Shown in pieces: positions 1 through 9,040 of a DNA stretch of 64,000 nt; position 1 is the stretch's first letter, and the number at the start of each line of letters is the position of its first letter. The notes beneath the pieces were generated by a model that worked only from the letters and a program-made list of their open reading frames with translations, searched no databases and was not told the origin of the DNA. The DNA comes from a virus, in IMG/VR virus record IMGVR_UViG_3300044611_002466, positions 1-64,000 of that record, one strand, 5' to 3'. The position numbers and the translations under genes were made by a program.

Positions 1-27
1 TGCCCGGGCCGCCTCGCTGGGTCCTAC

Positions 28-1365
28 CTACACGCGCCGGCGCCGGCGCTGATTGTCCTCCGGCTCCTCGCGCCGACCGCCGCGGCCCGACCCGCGGGAC
101 GGGGGATCATCGTCCTCGTCATCATCGTCACGACGAGCCCCACGGCCCGACCCGCGCGGGACCTCCTCCTCCTTCGCGTCGGCGCCGTACCGCTTGTACT
201 TGTTCTCACCCTTCTCGGGCGGGAAGGGGTTCTGAATCCCCAGCTGCTTCGCCAAGTAGTCGTGGTCCCGCGGCGCGTGGATCACCTCGAAGTCCCACTG
301 CGAGGTGGCCTGCTTCCGGATGTCCTGGTCCTCGGTGAAGACCCAGCACCCATTCTCGTCGACCTTCGGGTAGTACTCCTTCCCGTCCTTCTCGAACTCG
401 ATCAGGAATCCCCCGTTGCGGAGGCGGTACTGGTCCAGGGGGATGATCTTCTTGACGACGATGTGGGTCCCGGTCCCCTCGCCTTCTTTCCGCACGCGCG
501 CGACCACATCGAACGCGCTCAGCGGCTCAGGACGCTTGCACCCGTTGCAGATGTTCTCAGGCACCGGGACGGCGACGTGGCCGCAGCTCCTGCAGCGCTC
601 GCGGGAGCTGCCGAACGCGACGATCTCGCGCGGACCCATGTCGTCCCGCTCGACATCCGCCAAGAGCTCTTCACAGCTCTCGCAGATGAAGGCGACCGGC
701 GTGAGGTCTCCGCCACAGCGACAGAACTTCGCCGCATCCGCGTCGATCTGCGCCAGGTCATCGCGGTGCCCGGCGCCGACCTCGATGAACCGCTTCTGGT
801 ACTGGCGTACCGTGCCGTCCTCGATGAGGCCGTCCAGGTCGGCCATGATGCGCTTGATGTCGGAGGGCTTCTGGACGGCCTCCCAGACCATCACGGGCTT
901 GCCGCGCTTCTCACCCTCATCGTGCTTCACCACCTTCCCGTCCTTCACCAGCGGGACGAGCTCGTACAGACCGAACTGCAGGATGTTGAAGCTGAAATCA
1001 TCTTTCAGCCCGACGCGCTTGTCGCCCTCCGCCTGGCTCTTGCACCCCAGGCAGTTCTCCTTGCCCGCATTCAACCCGCACCTGGTCGTGAGGAAGGACC
1101 CCTTCCCCGACGGCTTGAGCTTGATGTGGTGCATCCCGCAGGTATGGAAGTGGGCCAGCCGCGGCTGACCGGTCGCCTCGTCGATGTCCGCCGGGTTGGG
1201 GTACGCCCCCCGGGTGAGAAGGATGTCTTCCTCCTCGGCCTTGGGGATGTCGTACCGATCCCGCCACGATCCTCGCCAGCCGGCGCCAGCGCCAGCCTTA
1301 CGCGATTTTCCGTCAAGCACGCTGCGGCGCAGGCCCACAGCCACAGCTTTAGGAGCAGTGCTCAT
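28..1365 (-). CDS. Putative single-stranded DNA-binding protein (gp32-like) with Zn-ribbon insertion and acidic/Arg-Gly tail
   Basis: H/C cluster (HFHTC...TRC...NCLGC), RVRKEGEGTGT motif resembling phage SSBs, four further Cys pairs, low-complexity D/E/R/G C-terminus; lies directly downstream of primase and helicase. Confidence 0.6.
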   Translation of the reverse strand: MSTAPKAVAVGLRRSVLDGKSRKAGAGAGWRGSWRDRYDIPKAEEEDILLTRGAYPNPADIDEATGQPRLAHFHTCGMHHIKLKPSGKGSFLTTRCGLNAGKENCLGCKSQAEGDKRVGLKDDFSFNILQFGLYELVPLVKDGKVVKHDEGEKRGKPVMVWEAVQKPSDIKRIMADLDGLIEDGTVRQYQKRFIEVGAGHRDDLAQIDADAAKFCRCGGDLTPVAFICESCEELLADVERDDMGPREIVAFGSSRERCRSCGHVAVPVPENICNGCKRPEPLSAFDVVARVRKEGEGTGTHIVVKKIIPLDQYRLRNGGFLIEFEKDGKEYYPKVDENGCWVFTEDQDIRKQATSQWDFEVIHAPRDHDYLAKQLGIQNPFPPEKGENKYKRYGADAKEEEVPRGSGRGARRDDDDEDDDPPSRGSGRGGRREEPEDNQRRRRRV

Positions 1366-2356
1366 GTCGTTGTTTCCACCTTCGTAGTGAAAGAGGCCTC
1401 TCGAGGGCCTCGGTTAGCTCATCAGCGGTCAGATCGTCGGGTTGAAGATCGACCTCCGGGAGGGGGTAGCGCATGACAGCTACATCCTGCCCGCGGAGCT
1501 TATATCCAATCTTGGCCGTTCCTACACGGCCCCAGTGGTCATTATCTCCGCACAGAACGATTCGGACCCCGAGCCTCTCGAGGAACATCTGCTGGACGTC
1601 CGAGATCCCAGTCCCCATGAGAGCCACGGTGTTGTAGTAGCCGTGCTGAACGAGCCACAGCGCGGCCTTGTAGCCCTCCGTGACATACACAGGCCCAGCG
1701 TCTCTTCGGTGGTAGAGGGCCGCGTAGACCCGCTCCCAGCGCCAGCAGAACTGTCGGTTGTTGAAGTGGTACCCGCGGAACCCCAAGTCCACGAGCTCCC
1801 GCTCGTAGACCATGTACTTGCCGCCTGACCCTCCACCGTTGGGCTTCCCAACGATACCGGCGAGCATCCCGTGCAGGTCCCGGATGGCGTACGTGGTGCG
1901 GTCCAGCTTCGTGTCGACGCCCACATCATTGTCCAGGAGAACCTGCTCGTCGAATCCGGCACGCAGCAGCTCCTGGGGCACGTACGCATAGAGACCCAGG
2001 AGCTTCTCTGGTAACGGGTAGTCCGTCATGAAGGCGCCGGCCGCGGCTGCGAGGACACTCGCCGGTGACTTCTTGCGCGTCAGGGCCAGGTGAGGACGCA
2101 GCCTCTCCATGGTGCGTTCGATGTACTGCTCGGACCTCCGCAGCTTCTTGAGCAGCTGAGGAAGCCCGCCTGCGCCGCAACCCGCGAAGCAGTGCCACTG
2201 CCCGGTGGCGGCGTTGAAGCTGAACGAGGGAGTGGACCTCCCCCGCTCCTCCCCGTGAATCGGACAGAACCCGATCCAGTTGTCCCCCGCGCCCTGCCGA
2301 AGTCCGTCTATCAGGGTAGAGGCTGTGGCCAGAACAGGGCCCTGTGCCGCCGTCAT
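1349..2356 (-). CDS. dnaG: DNA primase (CHC2 zinc finger + TOPRIM)
   Basis: CPIHGEE...PSFS...WHCFAGC zinc finger; YVTEGYKAA and VALMG...CGDND TOPRIM motifs. Confidence 0.9.
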   Translation of the reverse strand: MTAAQGPVLATASTLIDGLRQGAGDNWIGFCPIHGEERGRSTPSFSFNAATGQWHCFAGCGAGGLPQLLKKLRRSEQYIERTMERLRPHLALTRKKSPASVLAAAAGAFMTDYPLPEKLLGLYAYVPQELLRAGFDEQVLLDNDVGVDTKLDRTTYAIRDLHGMLAGIVGKPNGGGSGGKYMVYERELVDLGFRGYHFNNRQFCWRWERVYAALYHRRDAGPVYVTEGYKAALWLVQHGYYNTVALMGTGISDVQQMFLERLGVRIVLCGDNDHWGRVGTAKIGYKLRGQDVAVMRYPLPEVDLQPDDLTADELTEALERPLSLRRWKQRHEHCS

Positions 2357-2359
2357 GAC

Positions 2360-3790
2360 TCAGCTGATCCTCGGACTGCTGACTTTCTTCCGTTTCGGCG
2401 ACGCGCTAAACGCTCCGGCCGCCTGTGTGGGCGCTGCTCCGCCTCCACCACCGGAGCGACTTTCGTTGGCGTCATGGTCCTGCTTGTCCTTCAGGAAGGC
2501 CGCCACATCCACGGTCGACTGCAGCAGGCTGAAGTTCTTCCCGGGCCACGCGTTGATCACGAACGGGTTCAAGACCGCGTCCCGTGTACCGGGGAACGTG
2601 AACATGATCTTGGGCTTGCCCGTCGCCAAGTCCATGGCCTTGAACACCCGCATGAGGAGGTCGGTGTCTTGACCGATCGCGTCCGCGTACCCAACCTCAT
2701 CGGTGTCCTGCCCGTCAGTCTTCGAGGCTGATCGATTTGCCTGTGTCGTCCCGATGACAGGCACCGCCAGGGACTGGGCCATACCCTTCAGGTCGGACGA
2801 GATGTTGCTGACCTGCTTCCACTCTCGACTACGCTGGTTCGTGCGTCCGTCCCGCATCAGGTAGAACCCATCTACGACGATGAGATCCGCCCCAAAACGC
2901 TCGGCCTCTGCCGCCAAAATGTCGACGGTAGCACCCTTGGTCCCGCTGCTCAGCTTCCGATCGCTGAGGAAAGTCATCGCCGCCTTCTTCCCTCCCACGG
3001 CAGCAGACTTCTCCCAGTCCCCGAGTCCCTCGAGGGTGTTGAAGTACAGCTCCTCATCGGCGGGGGACAGTGTCCCGCTCTTGGCCTCCTCGTAGTCCAC
3101 CTGGGCGATGATGGAGGCCGCACGGCGGGCGAGGATGTTGTCCGACATCTCCTTCGAGTAGACGAGTACTCGATACCCGGACTGGTAGGCATGACACGCA
3201 ATCGCGAGGGCCACCCAGGTCTTCATCTGCTTCGGACGGGCGTAGATGACGATGAAGTCCTCCGGCTGCATCCCCGCGGTCGCCTTGTTCAGAGGCGCCC
3301 ACGGGAACGGCAGTCCGGTGATGCCGTCAGCCTGCTGCATCCTGTCGTAGTCCTCCCGCAGCTTGCTCGCCGCGGTCGACATCAACAGGTGCTTGCTATC
3401 ACTGCCCTGAAGCGACAGCTCCCTCAGCTGAGGGAGGTACGCCCCGAGGATCACCTGGGGGTCCTCTCCCTCGTCGAGGAGCTTGTCGATCTCCTCAACG
3501 CTGGCTCGGATCCCGGCCTTCACGTTGTTGTCGAGCACCTCCTTCGCGAGCGCCTCGATGGAGTCGCGCGACGGGCAGTAGTCGAACTCGGGGAAGTACC
3601 GACGGACGCGTGCCAGACTCGGGACCGATCCGCCGGTATTCACGTCCGTGAACGCATCCGAGATCCAGCGGAAGATCTCCCGTGCCTCCTCCGTCTGGAG
3701 GTACGCGGCATTGAAGCCGCTTCGACGAAGCCCGGAGATGTCGTTGTCCCGGATGATGTTGGAGATCAGCTCGAGTTCTACGCTGGCCAT
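2360..3790 (-). CDS. dnaB: Replicative DnaB-like (SF4) helicase
   Basis: GITGLPFPWAPLN, YARPKQMKT (variant Walker A), YSKEMS, LIVVDG (Walker B), VPVIGTTQANR, ADAIGQDTD. Confidence 0.9.
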   Translation of the reverse strand: MASVELELISNIIRDNDISGLRRSGFNAAYLQTEEAREIFRWISDAFTDVNTGGSVPSLARVRRYFPEFDYCPSRDSIEALAKEVLDNNVKAGIRASVEEIDKLLDEGEDPQVILGAYLPQLRELSLQGSDSKHLLMSTAASKLREDYDRMQQADGITGLPFPWAPLNKATAGMQPEDFIVIYARPKQMKTWVALAIACHAYQSGYRVLVYSKEMSDNILARRAASIIAQVDYEEAKSGTLSPADEELYFNTLEGLGDWEKSAAVGGKKAAMTFLSDRKLSSGTKGATVDILAAEAERFGADLIVVDGFYLMRDGRTNQRSREWKQVSNISSDLKGMAQSLAVPVIGTTQANRSASKTDGQDTDEVGYADAIGQDTDLLMRVFKAMDLATGKPKIMFTFPGTRDAVLNPFVINAWPGKNFSLLQSTVDVAAFLKDKQDHDANESRSGGGGGAAPTQAAGAFSASPKRKKVSSPRIS

Positions 3791-3792
3791 AC

Positions 3793-4098
3793 TTACAGCT
3801 CCTCCTCAGTCGCCGGATTCCGCTCGATAGGACGACCATCCCTCGCTGCCCGCTCGAGGATGGACTCCTCGACGTCAAGACCGGCCAGAGCGCTCAGATG
3901 GGCGCTCAGCGAGTACAGCAGGGCCTCGAGGTCCCGCTGTAGGTCCGCAGGCAGTTCAGGTACGATCGCCTTCTGCTCGGAGGCCAGCACGTAGCGGGTC
4001 CCCGCCGCCTCATCGACCGACACGATGTCGTAGTGCACGCAAGCACCGGCGGTGAGGTGCTTGTGGAAGCCTGTGGGTTGAATCTGCACTCTTGACAT
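3793..4098 (-). CDS. Hypothetical protein
   Basis: ATG at 4098 with AGAGGA RBS; tightly packed in the replication operon. Confidence 0.7.
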   Translation of the reverse strand: MSRVQIQPTGFHKHLTAGACVHYDIVSVDEAAGTRYVLASEQKAIVPELPADLQRDLEALLYSLSAHLSALAGLDVEESILERAARDGRPIERNPATEEEL

Positions 4099-4111
4099 GC
4101 ACAATCCTCTG

Positions 4112-4465
4112 CTACGATCGGTCCCTGCGGACCTTGTTACGAAGGGCGTAGACCTCCTCCACCGTCTCCAGCGCCTCGGAGGTGAACCGGACCGCGAGGG
4201 AAGACGCGATGTCCGCCGCGCGCGTCACGTCTACCTCGTGCTGGTTGCACGCCAAGCTCACAGAGCAGTGGGCGCTGAAGCCGCTGCCGAAGTCCTTGTC
4301 GGAGAGCTCGAAGGAGCACGTCACGCGCGCTGCCGCATCTCCGACCAGCTCACGAAGTTGGTCACGTCCCATGTCGAAATCCGTGTAGGTGAGGGGCCGG
4401 TCGAAATAGTGTGACTTGTCGGCGCCAATCTGAATGCGCCAATGCACAACTCCGAAGGAAGGCAC
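4112..4465 (-). CDS. Hypothetical protein
   Basis: 117-aa ORF, operon packing, GC3-biased codons. Confidence 0.7.
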   Translation of the reverse strand: MPSFGVVHWRIQIGADKSHYFDRPLTYTDFDMGRDQLRELVGDAAARVTCSFELSDKDFGSGFSAHCSVSLACNQHEVDVTRAADIASSLAVRFTSEALETVEEVYALRNKVRRDRS

Positions 4466-4472
4466 GTGGTGT

Positions 4473-4937
4473 CTACTTCAACTCGGAGGGCAAAACGACC
4501 GCGGAAGTGCCGGCGGTCGTCGTGACGTAGCCCTCGTAGCGTGCGCGCTGCAGCGCCTGGAGCCGCGCGATCTGATGAGGCACCACCTCGTACTTGAGGA
4601 CGCCGATCTTGATGAGAAGGTCGATCTCGCCAGCCTGCGTGGCACGCTCGACGAGGCCCTCCGTGTCCACGGTCGTCTTCGAGGCAGCCCCCTTCACCAG
4701 GATGGCGTGGCCTCGCAGGAGGTGAGTTCCTGCGCCCAGGGCTGCCAGCGCTTTCTTGGCGACATCCTGCAGCCCGGGAAGCTCGGCACGTGCCTCATCG
4801 AGTGCTGCCATCACCTCGGGCATCTGCTCCCGAAGGCCGGTCTCGATGCTGAGGATGGTTTGCACGCAGGTGTCGAGCGCGGAAACCGCCCTTTTCGCGG
4901 CAGCCTCTGCGGCTGCCTTGTCAGTCGGTGCAGACAT
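4473..4937 (-). CDS. Hypothetical protein
   Basis: 154-aa ORF; start abuts the upstream stop (TGAATG). Confidence 0.75.
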   Translation of the reverse strand: MSAPTDKAAAEAAAKRAVSALDTCVQTILSIETGLREQMPEVMAALDEARAELPGLQDVAKKALAALGAGTHLLRGHAILVKGAASKTTVDTEGLVERATQAGEIDLLIKIGVLKYEVVPHQIARLQALQRARYEGYVTTTAGTSAVVLPSELK

Positions 4938-5681
4938 TCATGGCTCCAGAAAACTACGGTCGTAGTAGTCATTGAAGAGACGGTGGAGGAGTCCGAGGGC
5001 ATACTTCATGTCTTGGATCGTATCGTATGTCTTGCCCTGCTTCTTCTTGACCAGCCGCTGATCTCCTTCCTTTAGGAGATAGCCGGGGCACAGGATGGCG
5101 AGCATCGGGTACCGCACCAGAGCTCCCGTGACCGGACTGGGCACGGCGATGTCGAAGATGGTCCCGCGCTTCTCGGAGATGGCCACCGCCTTCCCGACCA
5201 ATGCGGATGCGGCAGTCTTGCCGGTCGCGACGATGAGCGCGGGATCTACCGCGTAAATCGTGCGGTGCAGCCTATCCGAACAGTTCTTGACCTCCACAGC
5301 AGACGGAGGCCTCCCGTCCGCCGTCTTGCAGAGGACCGCGTTCGTCCAGAACACGTGCGCGTCCAAGTACTGCCGCAGGAGCTCGAAGTAGGTCGAGTCC
5401 TCCCTGATGTTGGAGATTTCCGAGAGGTTGGGGTCGTCCGCCGCGGGCCAAGCTCGCGCGAGCACATCCATGAGCAGCTTCCCCGCGTCCCCCACGTGAG
5501 GGACCCCCTCATAGTCCTCTGCGGCCCCGGGCGCCTCACCGACGATGAGGATGTTCGCCCTGCTGCTGCCGCTCCCGAACACAACCTGCTCCCGGGACTT
5601 CACGAGGAGCTGGCACTTCTCGCACCCAGCGTAGGAACTCTCGAGCTCGAGAAGCGCCGTCCGCCCGCACGCGTGTGCCAT
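4938..5681 (-). CDS. Family-4 uracil-DNA glycosylase-like protein (4Fe-4S ligands retained, atypical active-site motifs)
   Basis: CEKC...VVFGSG...ILIVGEAPG..ED..G.P.VG.AG.LL...TNAVLC...RPP..VEVKNC. Confidence 0.85.
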   Translation of the reverse strand: MAHACGRTALLELESSYAGCEKCQLLVKSREQVVFGSGSSRANILIVGEAPGAAEDYEGVPHVGDAGKLLMDVLARAWPAADDPNLSEISNIREDSTYFELLRQYLDAHVFWTNAVLCKTADGRPPSAVEVKNCSDRLHRTIYAVDPALIVATGKTAASALVGKAVAISEKRGTIFDIAVPSPVTGALVRYPMLAILCPGYLLKEGDQRLVKKKQGKTYDTIQDMKYALGLLHRLFNDYYDRSFLEP

Positions 5682-5682
5682 G

Positions 5683-6081
5683 TCAGGAGTTCCCAGGGCG
5701 CTGACGCCCTGACATGCCGGGAAGGGAGAGGATGGAGGATCCCACCATTGCTCTGTCGATCTCCACCATGTCTTCGCATTCGCTGAGGTCGATGAACACG
5801 TCCACCCGCACGATGATCTTGATCGGCCCTCGGAAGGGCGCGATGTGCAGCGGCAGGAGGGTCATCTCGACCGTCCCGTCCCGCTGAGGGCGATGCTGTA
5901 CGACGAGCTCGTAGGCATCCCGCAGAGGGACGTACCCCGGTCCGAAACCCGAGGCCCCCATCGTGGCCTCCTGAGAGCTGTCCAGCCTGCCGGCGTAGTA
6001 GTGTGTGCCAGAACGGACCCCGATGAGGCCGACTACGCCCGCCACGTTCGAGGCGTCGATGTCGATGTCGACTTTGTCCAT
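5683..6081 (-). CDS. Hypothetical protein
   Basis: ATG at 6081 preceded by GGGGGACAC; start MDKVDIDID. Confidence 0.65.
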   Translation of the reverse strand: MDKVDIDIDASNVAGVVGLIGVRSGTHYYAGRLDSSQEATMGASGFGPGYVPLRDAYELVVQHRPQRDGTVEMTLLPLHIAPFRGPIKIIVRVDVFIDLSECEDMVEIDRAMVGSSILSLPGMSGRQRPGNS

Positions 6082-7475
6082 GTGTCCCCCTTGATGACCC
6101 ATCCAGCCTTGCGGCACCACCTTAGGACGGACTGGAGCATCCCAAAGCTGTGATGAACTCCCCTGTCTGCGAACAAATCGACGACAGGGGACTGCTTCCC
6201 TTTAAGCGGGCGAAGAACGCGCCCGACTGACTGTACCCACTCTGTGGGCGCGTATGTGTCTACCGCTAAAGGCGTAACCATGACCAGGGCGCTGAGATCG
6301 GGCCGGTTGTAGTTCTCCTTTCCCACGTGCAGCGTGGCGACTACCACCGGGTAGCCATTGAGCTGCCTAAGACGCTCCTGTGCATCTTTCTCGTCCCCGG
6401 TGATTCCGCCGACAGAGACACCCGCATCCGAGAGCGCGCCGACAAGCGCGTACACGTGCTGCTTCGAGTGACTCAGCACGTATACCTTGTGCCCCTGCGC
6501 CAGGCGAGCCTTTACCACCCCGACGATCACGTCATTGCGCTCGGGCATGCTGCCCAGCTTCCCCCTCAACTTGGAGATGTTTGGCTGCCGCAGGACGTCG
6601 AGGATGTCCGGGTCGTCGTCCGCGAGCGCTACACCCGTCTCGTGAAGATGGATGGTCGGAACGAGGGAGTCCTCGGATGGGTCGTCATACAGGACCGGGC
6701 CGAGGTGGTAGAGCACGATGCCCTCGCATCGATCTCGTCGCTTGAGGGTCGCGGTCAGCCACAGGCGCCTGCCGGCCGTCAAGTCGGATCCCCTGGCGAA
6801 CCACTCCGCTGCTTGGTGATGCGCCTCGTCGTAGATGGTGAGGGCGAACCGAGAGTGGAAGTCGTCCGGGAGCTTCCCTGCCTCGGCGCGCTTCACGAGG
6901 GTCTGGATGGTCGAGAACACCACCCCGCGTGTGTAGTCGAGCCGGTCCCCGAGCACCCACCCGACGGGGCCCTCCATGTCGAACATCGTGCGCAGCTCGG
7001 CCTCCCAGTTGCGGAGGTGCGCCTCCTGGGCGGAGACGACCAACGTCGGCCCTGACATCATGCACGCGTAGCGCAGGCCGAGCACGGTCTTGCCCTTTCC
7101 GGTGTCGAGCCGAAGCCCTCCATCCACCCCGCCGGCGGCGGCTCGCTCCAAGGCGGCCCAGGCCCCGTGCTGGTTGGGCCGGAGTGCGAACCCCGGCTTG
7201 GGGCGAATCGTAGGAGCTACGAAAGCAGTCGGCCGGTGGTCGACCACCTGGTCAACCCCGAGGCGCTTCAGCGCGTCCCTGGTGAGATAGTTGCGCGGGA
7301 CCTCGAGGTGATGGGGGTGCCGTCGAACCAACGTGCGCGGCTCCAGCCCGACCTCGATCCCGAACGTGAGCGCCCTGAGCACCGGAGCCTCCTCCACGAG
7401 ACTCCTTGGGAGGAAGAGGGAGGCCCCGATGTACGCGACATCGGGCTCCAGAACGGGCAGGCGGAAGGTCGGCAA
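6033..7475 (-). CDS. Superfamily 2 helicase (DExH, UvsW/ResIII-like)
   Basis: LRPNQ Q-motif, DTGKGKT, STIQTL, IYDEAHH, LTAT, QSVGRVLR. Confidence 0.9.
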   Translation of the reverse strand: MPTFRLPVLEPDVAYIGASLFLPRSLVEEAPVLRALTFGIEVGLEPRTLVRRHPHHLEVPRNYLTRDALKRLGVDQVVDHRPTAFVAPTIRPKPGFALRPNQHGAWAALERAAAGGVDGGLRLDTGKGKTVLGLRYACMMSGPTLVVSAQEAHLRNWEAELRTMFDMEGPVGWVLGDRLDYTRGVVFSTIQTLVKRAEAGKLPDDFHSRFALTIYDEAHHQAAEWFARGSDLTAGRRLWLTATLKRRDRCEGIVLYHLGPVLYDDPSEDSLVPTIHLHETGVALADDDPDILDVLRQPNISKLRGKLGSMPERNDVIVGVVKARLAQGHKVYVLSHSKQHVYALVGALSDAGVSVGGITGDEKDAQERLRQLNGYPVVVATLHVGKENYNRPDLSALVMVTPLAVDTYAPTEWVQSVGRVLRPLKGKQSPVVDLFADRGVHHSFGMLQSVLRWCRKAGWVIKGDTWTKSTSTSTPRTWRA

Positions 7476-7931
7476 CTACTTGTCCCCGGTCTGCCTCGAG
7501 GAGGCAGGATCGTTCCGCGCAAAGAGCGCCCGGAAGGGGTCCTCGTAGGGCGCGCGAGGAATCTGGTCAACGGCAAAGACGGCCTCCACCAGGCCCGCCC
7601 GGAAGCCCGACAGGGTGCCGTTGAACATCAACGCCCCAAAGAACCCCATCGAAGAGGACTCACGCTCCACGAAGTCCTCTGGCTCGGGCCGAGCGGCGAA
7701 GGTATGCCCCGGGCCCCGTGCGCCCCCGGCCCTTCGGGCATCCGGAAGCTCCCGTCGATCGTCCCGTCGATCGTCTCGGCGGTCGTCCAGCTTGTTCTTC
7801 ACGAGGACGGAGCAGGTGGCCTCCCACCTACACCTGCGACAGGTGGGGTCATTGCGGTCGTAGTCCGCCGGGCTGCTGAAGCAGTTGGGCTTCCGGAGTG
7901 TCGATGTTGTATGCTGGTCTTCGTTCCGCAC
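7476..7931 (-). CDS. Hypothetical Cys-cluster protein
   Basis: CF...CRRC...C cluster and DDRR tandem; first gene after the GTCATAAG motif; GAGGGAG RBS. Confidence 0.7.
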   Translation of the reverse strand: MRNEDQHTTSTLRKPNCFSSPADYDRNDPTCRRCRWEATCSVLVKNKLDDRRDDRRDDRRELPDARRAGGARGPGHTFAARPEPEDFVERESSSMGFFGALMFNGTLSGFRAGLVEAVFAVDQIPRAPYEDPFRALFARNDPASSRQTGDK

Positions 7932-7954
7932 TTAGACTCCCTCGGGTTCTTCCC

Positions 7955-7962
7955 CTTATGAC
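7955..7962 (-). promoter_or_regulatory. Candidate phage promoter motif GTCATAAG (copy 1)
   Basis: About 24 nt upstream of the first gene of the replication block; same motif heads five other minus-strand units. Confidence 0.55.
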
Positions 7963-8006
7963 CGCTGCACGTTAGGGGTTGAGCACTCGCCTTTAGCCCG
8001 GGTACA

Positions 8007-9038
8007 ATGATGCGCGTTCTCGACATTGCCGACGACAATGGTGCGCTTTTGCTGGCCCAGACTGGGGGCCTTCAGGGACTCGACCGGCACGTAAAGGAGG
8101 CCGCCTGGAGGGAGCCCGGGGTGATGCGCACGCGGGACTACGCGCTCCTCCTCGTCGACACGGACGGGAGGGAGCACGGAAAGTACGCCTGCTACGACCC
8201 GGGCAACACCCTGGTCTCCATGCTGTACCTCCAGAACGCGTACCCCCGGGACCTCAACCCGGCGGCGGCAAAGACGGCAGCCGCCACACTGGCGTCGCTG
8301 GCTGTGGACTGGGGCCTCCCGGTCCCGGAAGGGATCTCGAAGCTGGCCTCCATGGAGCTCTCGGAGGCGGACAGCAAGGACATCATCAGCACCCGGCGCG
8401 TTCGCTACAACCCGCCGAAGCTGGCCGACGCCCCGAAGGCCGCCCCCGGTCCCTTCGAGAAGGCGGCTTCCGCTCGACAGCGCTGGGCCGACCTTGACCC
8501 GTTCGAGCGTCGGGACGTCGCTCGAGAGCTCATCAAGGAGGCGGAGAGCGCCCCCCTCTACATCCCGACCCACTTCTACCAGTACGCGGGGGACCGCCTC
8601 AGCCCGAAGTTCGCAGCGTACATGCGGGAGCGGCAGGACTACACGAGCGACCCGGACGTCGTCGAGGGCTACAAGACCCTCGCGAAGATCGCCGCGGCTT
8701 GCGAGCCGGACAGCGTGGTGCAGTCGCTCTACGTCCTGGACGAGCTGGCTCATCTGCGCTGGGCCGGCGGTGATCGCTACGGGGAGACCCTCGCGGACCC
8801 GGTCCGCTGCGTCTACCACACGGACAAGGTCGCGGCCTACTCGTGGAACCACGGGGCCGAGGCCACGAACGAGAACGAGCTCTTCGTGTTCACCACGCAC
8901 CCTACCGCCGCCTCCCGGTTCCTCGGCGCCTTCACTCCGGAGGTCTGGCAGCGCTTCCGCGCCTCCCCCGTCTCCACCTTCCAGGCCATGCCCCTCGAGC
9001 AGAAGGTCCTGGTGTCTCGCATGGCGCGTGAGGTGTAG
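8007..9038 (+). CDS. Putative virion head protein with KxA motifs
   Basis: 343 aa; AKTAA, SKLAS, EKAAS, DKVAA; heads the portal block. Confidence 0.7.
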   Translation: MMRVLDIADDNGALLLAQTGGLQGLDRHVKEAAWREPGVMRTRDYALLLVDTDGREHGKYACYDPGNTLVSMLYLQNAYPRDLNPAAAKTAAATLASLAVDWGLPVPEGISKLASMELSEADSKDIISTRRVRYNPPKLADAPKAAPGPFEKAASARQRWADLDPFERRDVARELIKEAESAPLYIPTHFYQYAGDRLSPKFAAYMRERQDYTSDPDVVEGYKTLAKIAAACEPDSVVQSLYVLDELAHLRWAGGDRYGETLADPVRCVYHTDKVAAYSWNHGAEATNENELFVFTTHPTAASRFLGAFTPEVWQRFRASPVSTFQAMPLEQKVLVSRMAREV

Positions 9039-9040
9039 CG

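Noticed and set aside
7750-7790. Short tandem DNA repeats (CGTCGATCGTCC; also 80-160, 31915-32005, 49885-49955)
   Set aside because: All are in frame within coding regions and explained by peptide repeats; no repeat-spacer periodicity, so not CRISPR
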